IMG/VR virus record: IMGVR_UViG_3300048815_000026
Location: 5,311 to 69,310 of that record
DNA length: 64,000 nt
Origin: a virus
Reading direction: 5' to 3' (one strand)
The notes below the pieces were generated by a model. It was not told the DNA's origin. It saw only the letters and a program-made list of their open reading frames with translations, and did no database searches. The position numbers were made by a program, and so were the translations under genes. Below are positions 17,621 through 26,300 of the stretch, in pieces. Numbering within the stretch: position 1 is the first letter of the stretch; each line of letters opens with the position of its first letter.

Positions 17621-18412
17621 ATGGCTGAGATACCAGAGCGCATTTGGATTGCAGCATACACGGCGGGCGATGGGTCTTCCATCTTGGGCAACGGGGTATT
17701 ATTCCGCTCCATCCATGATTCGCGGGAGGATGCTGAGGGCGCAGCCCAGCGCTACCACCCAGATCCGAATGGCATCACTATCGGCGAGTACGTCGCCGAG
17801 GCACGCATCAGGGAATTAGAGCAGGCGCTGCGGAAAATCCACCAAGAGCCGGATGGATTGAATGCGTGGCATATCGCAGATAAGGTTTTGGGCTCCCTCG
17901 AGGCAGATAACCTCCGGCTGTTTACGGCCCTCATGAGAACACGCGAAGTGTGCGGGCGGATCCCGGTTGGCTCTCCCGCCAGCAAGGAACTGCTCGAAGA
18001 GGCGGTCGAAGCGGTCAAGCATGCCAACGAGGCGATCGGGATCTATCAACCGAAAGGATCAGCGGGCAGTGGCTCCTTGCCTGACCATGGGTCACTCCAG
18101 GCCCAGCTCCAGGCAGTCACCCAGACCGCATTCGCTGATATCAATCGCATGACGGTCGAATTGCAGGCAGTCACCCAGGAGCGGGACACGGCCAACGAAC
18201 TATCTGTAAAGGTCGAGAATGCTGCGGTAATTCAAGCACGGGAAATGACCCAGCTTCAGGCCCGCAACAAAGCGCTGAGAGATGCGCTGCGGACCTACAG
18301 GTACGAGCACTCGAAAAACAACTGCTATTTTTCTGGCCCTACGGGCGCCATTTGCGATGAGTGCTGCAGGGTCGATAAGTTGCTCGCCCAAGCCGCCGAG
18401 GTAAAGCCATGA
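17621..18412 (+). CDS. hypothetical coiled-coil protein
   Basis: Long ORF, ATGA-coupled to next gene. Confidence 0.65.
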   Translation: MAEIPERIWIAAYTAGDGSSILGNGVLFRSIHDSREDAEGAAQRYHPDPNGITIGEYVAEARIRELEQALRKIHQEPDGLNAWHIADKVLGSLEADNLRLFTALMRTREVCGRIPVGSPASKELLEEAVEAVKHANEAIGIYQPKGSAGSGSLPDHGSLQAQLQAVTQTAFADINRMTVELQAVTQERDTANELSVKVENAAVIQAREMTQLQARNKALRDALRTYRYEHSKNNCYFSGPTGAICDECCRVDKLLAQAAEVKP

Positions 18413-20328
18413 GACCGCGCAAAAACTCCCACGTCATCGCCATCGGCCTGACTCTCTCCGTGGGCATACTCCTGCTGCTGGTGCACGCCTGCAACGCGCA
18501 GACGATGGCCCCCTGGCTCACCCGGTCACACGACAACCAGCGCTCGGGCTGGAACAACCAGGAAACCCTGCTCACCCAGGCAAACGTAACCGCCAAAGGT
18601 CTCGTTCGCCAAACCATCATCCCGGTCACCGGTGACGCCCGCGGCATGGAGGCTCAGCCGCTCATCCTGCCCGGCGTCACCACCCCTCTCGGCGTCCACG
18701 ATGTGATGGTCCTTCCCTCGATGGCTAACGTCGTCCGCGGCGTCGACGCCCACACCGGCGCCGGCATCTGGACCACTATGCTGGACGTGCCGATTACCGG
18801 CTCCGCCGCGATCGACGGCCACCTCATCAACCAGCACTGGGGCTGCCTCTCGACCGGCGTCATCGATGCCGCCCTGCAACGGCTGTACCAGGTGTGCTGG
18901 ATGTCGCCCGACGCGACAGGCAATCCGCAGACCGGGCTCTACTACATGTACGTGCTTAACGTGGCCACCGGCGCCCAGGTGGTCCCGCCCGTCCTCCTAC
19001 AGGGCGGCACGCCGGCCTTCAGCGCCCAGATGCGCAAGCAGCGCAGCTCCCTGGTCGAAACCAACGTCAACGGCCTCAAAACCGTCTTCGGCTGTTCGGG
19101 GACCATCTACGAAACCGCCGCCGGCGCCGCGGGCTACTGCTTCGCCTTCGATGTCGCCAGCAACACTCTCACCACCATGCAGGCGCTCACTGATGGTGAA
19201 GGCGCCGGCGTCTGGATGGGCGGCCAAGGCCCCGCGGCCGACGCGCAAGGCTACCTTTACCTGCTTACCGGAAATGGAGATTTCGACGGGATCACCCAAT
19301 GGGGCGAGTCCCTGCTAAAGCTGCGCTACAGGGCCGAAAAGATCACGCAAGTAAGTCCCAACCAATCCACGTATATCCAGGCATCTCTGGCCGTCATCGA
19401 CAACTGGACCCCATGGACCGACCTCCAGCGCGCCGGCAACACCGCAGCGCCCGCCGCCAAACTCGCCGGCATGAGCGCGCCCTCGGAAGCAGCACGGCCA
19501 GTCAACAGCGGCATGAAGCCGGCGGTCAAGTCCCGCACCGTAATAAGCGCCAACGGCACGCCCCTGGTCTATCCGCAGATGGCCACCGGCGCCTGGAGCG
19601 ATGAGGATTGGGGATCCGCCGGCCCCGCCTGCCTATTTCAGATCAACATCTGCATAGCAACCGGCAAAGACGGCATAGGCTACCCAGTCAAGTCTCCGCA
19701 CCTCGGGCAGACGCGACCGGCCGACCTGGCGAATCCCGCGGCCAACTGCGCCAAACTCGCCGGCGCGCCCGCCTGGCTCACCATGGATCCGGGGCCCGTC
19801 AACCCGTGCCCGACGAACCCGGCAACCTTGAATTTCTTTCCGTGGGGCGACACCGCGCACTTACACGCCACCCCAGTGCAGATGTACGACCCGCTCTTAA
19901 AAAGCTGGACGATCTTTGTGTGGGGAGAAAACGCCCAGCTGCACAAGTGGGCAGTCAACTCCGCCGGCAAACTGACCTACATAGCGCAAAGCCACGAATA
20001 CGCCAGTGCAAATGTTCGGGGAACCCCACCAGGCGGAATGCCCGGGGGCTTTTGCTCAGGCTCGAGCAACGGAGGGAATGCCAACACCGCGCTGCTGGTC
20101 TGCAGCGTGCCCTATGGCGACGCCAACACCGCCGTGGTCGCCGGCCGGCTCCTGGTCTACGACCCGGTACACCTGACCGCGGATGGATCGCTCAAGGTGC
20201 TCTGGGATTCCCAACAGTGGGGGATCACTTACCTCTTCAACAAATTCGACCCGCCGGTGATCGACGGCGGAGAGATACTAAATCCGAATTACAATGGAGG
20301 AGTAGACGTTTATACCTTAGCCCCATGA
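18409..20328 (+). CDS. secreted PQQ-like beta-propeller protein
   Basis: Signal peptide; LTRSHDNQRSGWNNQETLLT..EAQPL..STGVID..GVWMGG..KFDPPV. Confidence 0.8.
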   Translation: MRPRKNSHVIAIGLTLSVGILLLLVHACNAQTMAPWLTRSHDNQRSGWNNQETLLTQANVTAKGLVRQTIIPVTGDARGMEAQPLILPGVTTPLGVHDVMVLPSMANVVRGVDAHTGAGIWTTMLDVPITGSAAIDGHLINQHWGCLSTGVIDAALQRLYQVCWMSPDATGNPQTGLYYMYVLNVATGAQVVPPVLLQGGTPAFSAQMRKQRSSLVETNVNGLKTVFGCSGTIYETAAGAAGYCFAFDVASNTLTTMQALTDGEGAGVWMGGQGPAADAQGYLYLLTGNGDFDGITQWGESLLKLRYRAEKITQVSPNQSTYIQASLAVIDNWTPWTDLQRAGNTAAPAAKLAGMSAPSEAARPVNSGMKPAVKSRTVISANGTPLVYPQMATGAWSDEDWGSAGPACLFQINICIATGKDGIGYPVKSPHLGQTRPADLANPAANCAKLAGAPAWLTMDPGPVNPCPTNPATLNFFPWGDTAHLHATPVQMYDPLLKSWTIFVWGENAQLHKWAVNSAGKLTYIAQSHEYASANVRGTPPGGMPGGFCSGSSNGGNANTALLVCSVPYGDANTAVVAGRLLVYDPVHLTADGSLKVLWDSQQWGITYLFNKFDPPVIDGGEILNPNYNGGVDVYTLAP

Positions 20329-20876
20329 AAACACTTATACCTTCGACGCGCCGGGAGAACCTCGCTGGCAAGCAATTCTTTCGACTTACAGCTCTGGAAT
20401 ATGCGGGAGACTCGCACTGGACCTGCTCCTGCGAATGTGGCCGTATCGTCACGGTCGATGCTTACAAGCTGAAGACCGGGCGCACTGTTAGCTGCGGTTG
20501 CTTTCGCAACGAATGTTCAAGGAATCGAGCCACGATCCACGGGCAAAGCAACACCCCGACCTGGCGAGTCTGGAATGGCATGCTGCGCAGATGCTACGAC
20601 CATAAGTTCCACGCCTACGACCGGTACGGTGGTCGTGGGATTGGTGTCGTTGATCGGTGGCGTGGCGAATCCGGATTCGCAAACTTTCTGCATGACATGG
20701 GAGAGCGTCCGGCGGGCAAGTCGTTGGATAGGTTTCCGGATAACTCGGCTGGGTACGGACCGGATAACTGCCGGTGGGCGACACCTAAAGAGCAATCTAA
20801 TAACAGACGGCCACGGCGCGACAGCAGAAAAACCAACTACAACGGCGGCGTGGACGTATATGGGCTAACGGAGTGA
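20325..20876 (+). mobile_element. HNH-type homing endonuclease gene
   Basis: GKQFFRLT..CSCECG..SCGC..HG..MLRRC..YGGRGI..SLDR..NCRWAT. Confidence 0.9.
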
Positions 20877-21163
20877 CCTACCATCCACGGCTAACCAAAT
20901 GCCCCGTCTGCGGAACAATGAAAAGTCCGCTGGCAACACTCTGCCACGGGTGCTATCGCATAGCGAGAAAAGCCGGTTGCAAAAACACCGGCGATATCCT
21001 GGCATTTGTCCGTTGGTTAGGAAGTTGGGAAAATACACTCGAGAGGAATCCATTCCTCAGTGCCGCCGAGGCCCCATCCCCATCCCCATCCGCCGCCGCC
21101 GGCCCAGCTGAATCGGTGCCTCTTCCTGGTCAATGCGGTCCTCCATCTGCTGCCAGCGAATAG
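20873..21163 (+). CDS. small Zn-finger protein overlapping terL 3' end
   Basis: CPVC..CHGC; GTGA overlap. Confidence 0.5.
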   Translation: MTYHPRLTKCPVCGTMKSPLATLCHGCYRIARKAGCKNTGDILAFVRWLGSWENTLERNPFLSAAEAPSPSPSAAAGPAESVPLPGQCGPPSAASE

Positions 21164-22622
21164 CCGCCGACCCCAGGTCCAGCCCGCGCACCGCATCCTG
21201 CAGCCGCATCTCCCGCGGCTTGGTCGCAAACTGCACAAACGTGTACAGCGCATAGCGCGTCTCGTCCGACACGTCGTCCAGCGGATCCCCGGCCACCTTC
21301 TTGATGTCTCCAGGCTTCACATCGTCGTGCATCCGGGTGCGCAGCGCCTCAAACGTCCGCGGGCACACATCGGTAATCTCAAACTCCCCCGAGCGCAGCA
21401 TCCGGTACAACAGCTGCCAGCCGCCCAGCCGGTCATTCGAAGCCCGCTCAAAGTGGATATCCCACGGCTCGAATATCTCGTTCACCTGGTCCGCAATCGT
21501 GTGCCCGTCGCCAATTTCCTTGAAGTTCGATGGATCCAGAAACCCGGCAATGATCCGCCGCCGCTCCCCACCCTCGGCCGGCTTCACAAAAGCCTCGATC
21601 GCCATCTGCGCCAACTCGTACGCCGGCACATGCGGCACCACCAACTCCCCAATCTTGCGGATCCGTCCTTCTGGAAAATACACCGCGTTGGTGTCCGGCA
21701 GCATTTCCCGGCGCACCCCGGGAATATGTAACTCCGGCGGCGCCGCTTCCCCCGGCCCGCGCACGTACAGCCCCACCGACGACGACGACTTGCCGTACCC
21801 AAAGTCCATCGATAGGAAATGGTTGTGCCACCACTCCACCCCGGCCTCGGCCAGCGGCTTGATCATCCCCCGGTGGAGAAAGGGAAAATACGCGCCCTCG
21901 AGCGTACACCAGCAGCCCTTCTCCATCGCGGCTGCGGCGCCCCCAGACATCATGTGCAGACGCTTGGAGTAATTCGCATCCAGCAAATTGTGGTCGGAAA
22001 GTTTGCCTGGAATGAAGGCCACGGAGAAGGGAATCGCCTCCCCATCGGAAGGCCAGAAGCGGTTCCAGTAGAGCTTGCCCGGCTGGGCGCACTCCTTCGG
22101 CGTATGCACCGGGCAGAACCCATGCAGGAACAGCGTCATGTGCCACGCCGCCCCGATGTTGCCCGGGTTCGACGTCAGCCGCATGCGCAGCCGCAGCGTC
22201 GAATCAGTCGAGCTCAAACGCCCCAGAATGTTGCGTACCTGCTTCTCCGAGTGCAGCGTAGACTCGTCAAAGCCGATGAACGAATAGCGCGGACCCAGGT
22301 ACTTCCACACGTCATCATCCGTCTTCATGTACGCAAACTGGATGGTGGCGCCGGAGGGAAACGTCCAGGTCCACTTCGGCGAGCCCACAAACACCCCGCC
22401 GAAGGGGGAATACAGCCGCTTGGTCTTATCGATGATGTCCGTCATCTCGACGAACGATGACCGGAAAACGATCCCCCGCAGGTTAGGGTTGTCGTACTCC
22501 TGCACCGCGTCCATGAGCATGGTCTCGGTCTTGAGCGACCCCGCGGACCCTCCAAACAGAAGAATATCGGCGCGGGAATCGAGCGCGTCCTTCTGGGCAG
22601 GTGTAGCCGGCTTCCAATCCAT
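21057..22622 (-). CDS. terL: terminase large subunit
   Basis: GGSAGSLKT Walker A, IGFDE Walker B, TSNPG motif III, MDFG...DDVSDETRY nuclease. Confidence 0.95.
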   Translation of the reverse strand: MDWKPATPAQKDALDSRADILLFGGSAGSLKTETMLMDAVQEYDNPNLRGIVFRSSFVEMTDIIDKTKRLYSPFGGVFVGSPKWTWTFPSGATIQFAYMKTDDDVWKYLGPRYSFIGFDESTLHSEKQVRNILGRLSSTDSTLRLRMRLTSNPGNIGAAWHMTLFLHGFCPVHTPKECAQPGKLYWNRFWPSDGEAIPFSVAFIPGKLSDHNLLDANYSKRLHMMSGGAAAAMEKGCWCTLEGAYFPFLHRGMIKPLAEAGVEWWHNHFLSMDFGYGKSSSSVGLYVRGPGEAAPPELHIPGVRREMLPDTNAVYFPEGRIRKIGELVVPHVPAYELAQMAIEAFVKPAEGGERRRIIAGFLDPSNFKEIGDGHTIADQVNEIFEPWDIHFERASNDRLGGWQLLYRMLRSGEFEITDVCPRTFEALRTRMHDDVKPGDIKKVAGDPLDDVSDETRYALYTFVQFATKPREMRLQDAVRGLDLGSAAIRWQQMEDRIDQEEAPIQLGRRRRMGMGMGPRRH

Positions 22623-22630
22623 TCAGCGAT

Positions 22631-23089
22631 TCACTGCACCGGGTCATCCCGCCAGGCCGAGCGGTAGAACGACGGCTTAGCCTTATCCGCCGGCGTCTCC
22701 TTGTACCCATCAATGCCCGGGTCCAGCACCTGCTCCGGCATCCATCCCAGGATCTTCGCCAGCACTTCAATCGCCCGGATCTGGCCCGCCACCGTGGGCT
22801 GGCCCCCATCCGCCTGGATGATCTTTACCAACGCCTCGACCGCGTCCGGCTTATCGAACTTGATCTTCTTGAGCGCGGCCGCGGACTCCTTCTTGAGCGC
22901 AGCATCGATCTCCGCCCGCAGCTTTTCCTGGTACTCCTTGAATTGCGGCTTCGCTATGTGCCGGCACAGCGTTCGCGGATCCATGCCCAGCTTGAGCGCC
23001 ACCGAGCGCCCCGAGGCCTTGCTATCCTCCACCAGCATGCGCGCCGCCACCATCTCCTGTGCGCTTAATGTCACCTTTTTTTTGTTCAC
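22631..23089 (-). CDS. terS: terminase small subunit
   Basis: HTH N-terminus, RAIEVLAKILG, directly upstream of terL; GTG 23089 preferred as start. Confidence 0.75.
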   Translation of the reverse strand: MNKKKVTLSAQEMVAARMLVEDSKASGRSVALKLGMDPRTLCRHIAKPQFKEYQEKLRAEIDAALKKESAAALKKIKFDKPDAVEALVKIIQADGGQPTVAGQIRAIEVLAKILGWMPEQVLDPGIDGYKETPADKAKPSFYRSAWRDDPVQ

Positions 23090-23110
23090 GCCCTGAAAGA
23101 CCTTTCCCTC

Positions 23111-23145
23111 AAATAGAAACGGCAGACCGAAGCCTGCCGTTTCTA
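23111..23145 (-). terminator. hairpin/terminator closing the pentamer array
   Basis: TAGAAACGGCAGGC-TTCG-GTCTGCCGTTTCTA-TTT. Confidence 0.8.
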
Positions 23146-23295
23146 CCATGCCAAACCAAACCAAGCCAAGCCACGCCGAGCCCTAACAGACCGTGCCCAG
23201 CCGAACCATGCCACGTGCCCTGCCAAGCCTTCACCTGGCCGCACCTGACCATAACTCGCCGGACCGTGCCACGGCATACCTCACCGGACCACACC
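23143..23295 (-). repeat. GGY-NN pentamer array (candidate non-contiguous guide RNA)
   Basis: 30 five-nt units, 27 starting GGT/GGC, variable dinucleotides; blocks of 13, 3 and 14 units. Confidence 0.9.
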
Positions 23296-23297
23296 TC

Positions 23298-23345
23298 TTA
23301 AAACTGCTGCACCTCGAAGTGGGTCTGCTGCAGCCGTAGCATCAT
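23298..23345 (-). pseudogene. 15-aa mini-ORF, possible remnant of array effector gene
   Basis: MMLRLQQTHFEVQQF; ATGA-coupled to upstream gene; stop 2 nt before array. Confidence 0.4.
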
Positions 23346-26300
23346 CTCTTCGCGACCGCTTCCTCCTCCAGTTCCTTGAGCTCGCTCTGCTTCACGGTGA
23401 TGTTCCGCCCGTCGTCAGTCTTGATGCGCGCAATCCGCTGCTCCGGATCCTGCCACGCAATCCGGCCTCGGGTGCCGTCCCGCAACCGCACCGCTACCCC
23501 ATTTTTGGAAGATTGAATGGTGCCTGGGCTTACTTCTGCCGGCCGGAGGGTTGCTCCAGCCGCTTCACTTCCCCGCTCAGCCGGTCCAGCTGCTCCTCCG
23601 AGAGTTTTGGATAAAGCCGCCCTGGCTTGCTCATAGGCTGCGGATTTGACTCCGTTTGCGTCTTTGCCGGCTGCAAGGTCGGCCGCGCCCCGGTTGAGGA
23701 TGTCATCGAGCGGTCCCGCTCGCGTACTGAGTCGGTCATAGAGCTCCTGTGCCTGCGCCGCACCCGCGGCGATCTTTGCATTCTCGGTTGTGTTGATTGT
23801 ATTGCCCGCCTGCGCCAGCGGAGCCACTTTATTTTCTTTAGAAACCCCCGCAAACAGGCGCCGCTCCTGCGAGATCCGCCGGCGGATGTACTGCGAAACC
23901 TCCGCCTTCTCCAGCATCAGGTTGCGCTTCATCTCCTGCGTGCCGAAAAGGCTCACCTGCGTGTCTGTGTGCTCGCCGGCGCCACGCGCCATGCGCGCCA
24001 TTTCGTCGACCACGTCGTCGGGAACCCGGCCGCCTTTGGCCTCCCGCGCCTCGATCGTTTTTAGAATCGCTTCCTGCTCGGCTGGGTTCTCGGTCGCCCT
24101 GCCAATCGCCACCGCACGGCTCTCCGGTATCTTGCCGGCGACCACGTCGTCAAAGATAGGACCGCTCAGCTTCGAGAGCGCCATCCCTTCCGACGCCAGC
24201 TTTTCCTTCAACGTAATCCCGCGCTTGGCCAGCGTTTCCGGCGTCGCCTCGGTGTCACGGAAGAATTTCGCCGCATCCACTGCGGTCCCTTTGCCCTGGG
24301 CAATATTCTGCATCGCCCCCACCACGCGCGCTTCGCCGGCGTCCTTCGCGCTCAGGATCGGCTTAGTGTCGATGTCCTCCACCCCGTTAGCTTTGGCCAG
24401 GTCGATGCGATGGTGACCGTTCACTACATACGTCTTTCCGTCCGCCGGATCCTGCCAGGTGGCGATCGCGTCCGCCAGGTCTTCGTTCCACTTCCGACCC
24501 TTGAGCGCATCGGTAACGCCGGCTTTGTCTGTCTTCAGCTTGAACTGGAAACGCTTCGGGTCGACCGCGATGTCAGACACACGCATGCGCTTGACTGTCG
24601 TGGCCGCGCCTGAATCTTTTGGGGGTGCGGAATTTTTAACAGGCGTTGTCGCGGCTGCGGGCGCAGCCGGCTTTTCTAGTACGGTACTTCGAAGTCCGCC
24701 GGCAGGTTGTTCATTCCGTCCACTGTTGCCTGGCCGATCCGATCCGCTACCTGAGCGTGCGTTAACTTCTCCGGTGGCATCTGTGGCTTTGGCTGCGGCA
24801 TAGATGTCGCTGGGGATCGGCTTTTCTCGATTGATCTGCTCGAGTCGCTCATTCATTGCCTCCGTGGTTCGCTCAGGCGTCCACTGCTGCTGAACCTTGC
24901 TGATGAACTCCGGGGTCCTGTCTTGATTATATAGTAGTTTTGCGCTGCCCCGTTCACCAGAGTTATCGATCGTTTGCACCTCCAGCTGGTCCCCAAAGTG
25001 CTGCATTAAGTGCTCTAAAACGTTGGGGATCTCACTATAGGCGTGCGCCATGTAGCTCAGCTGCACGGTGCGCCCGATGCGCCGCGCCCGGTCGATCATG
25101 CGCCCCACCGTCTTTGCCGGATCGTCCACGTAAGACCATAGAATGGTCGGCCGCCGCCCCGAATCGATGATTTGCTGCACCTTCTTCACCGCATCGGCCT
25201 GGTTGTCGAGAATGCTCTCCATGTCCAGGCCCACATGCCCCTCTCCCGGCGTGGTCAACCCCGTCGTCTTACCCGACCCTGGAGAGGCCGTCATAATACG
25301 CACGTCGGCTTTGCCCGGAGCCGGCGGCTTCTTCAACACCGTACGCAGCGAAGCATCCGCCACCTGGCTGGCCGCTGAGGCGACCAAGCGATCCTGGTTG
25401 GTCCGATCCTTCACATACTCAGGAAACTGCTCCTTGGCCGCGTCCGTGGCAATGTTAGGCACCCCATTCTTGGTGTTGGCCTTCAGGTAGTCCGCCACCA
25501 TCTGCGGGCCGTTCTCCTGCACACGCTGCTGGAACGCAGCCTCTTGGGCGGTTCCCGTATTGGAACGTTTGGCCTTGATCGGTGCAACATCCTCGGCCGT
25601 GTATCCCGGTGCAACCTCCACCCGCGCAGGCGCAGCTGGACTAGTTTCCGCGGGCTGAGCCGCTTCTGTCGCCGGCCTGCGCACTGGCTGCACGACCGGC
25701 CTCGGGCCGACTGGTTCCACAGCTGTGCCCGGATTCAGTTGCGGATAAGGCGCCCGCACTGCTGCGGGTCCAGGCCTCACTGGCACCAGAGGCGCATTAG
25801 CCCCTGCCCCGACAGCCCCCGCATTCCCCGTGGTGCCTACCTGCGTCCGCGCCGTCCTCGGCGTCACCGGCTGCACGTACTGCCCTGACAACCGCGTCGG
25901 CGAGGGCTCCGGCAAATTCGAAAAGAAATGCTGCAGCCCCTCTTGGATCGGCGTCATCGGCGTCGAGCCAAGGACTTTGTTGGCCACCAGTTTGGCTGCG
26001 CCCTTCATGAAGCCGCCGTCGACGCCCTTCAGCGCCTGCGCCGCCGTCTCCCGTGCGCTTAGCGGCTGTTCCGCGATCGCCTGCTGCTTGGCCATCCGCG
26101 GCGCCGCGTTCTGCAAGGCCTCCTGCGCCTTCAGCACGCTCGATTCCTGCCGCTTCAGCCACTGGAAATTCTGCCCCGTCGCCTGCTCCAGCTTCTGGTA
26201 GTACAAATCCCTGGTCGCTCCCAGCGCGTCCTCGAGGCCTTTAGTCACCGCGCCGGCGCGCCCAGCCGCCACAGTGTTCTTGGGAAACTGGTTGGCCAGC

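Noticed and set aside
21070-21100. CCCCAT x3 repeat
   Set aside because: Low-complexity MGMGMG at the TerL C-terminus
23143-23295. CRISPR array or simple microsatellite
   Set aside because: No 25-40 nt repeats with spacers and no cas genes; the NN positions are non-repetitive and decode to gene sequences
23109-23301. ORF-track ORFs across the pentamer array (23109-23294 minus, 23059-23301 plus) and the extended terS start at 23164
   Set aside because: By-products of a stop-poor 5-nt repeat; the extended terS start runs through the terminator hairpin
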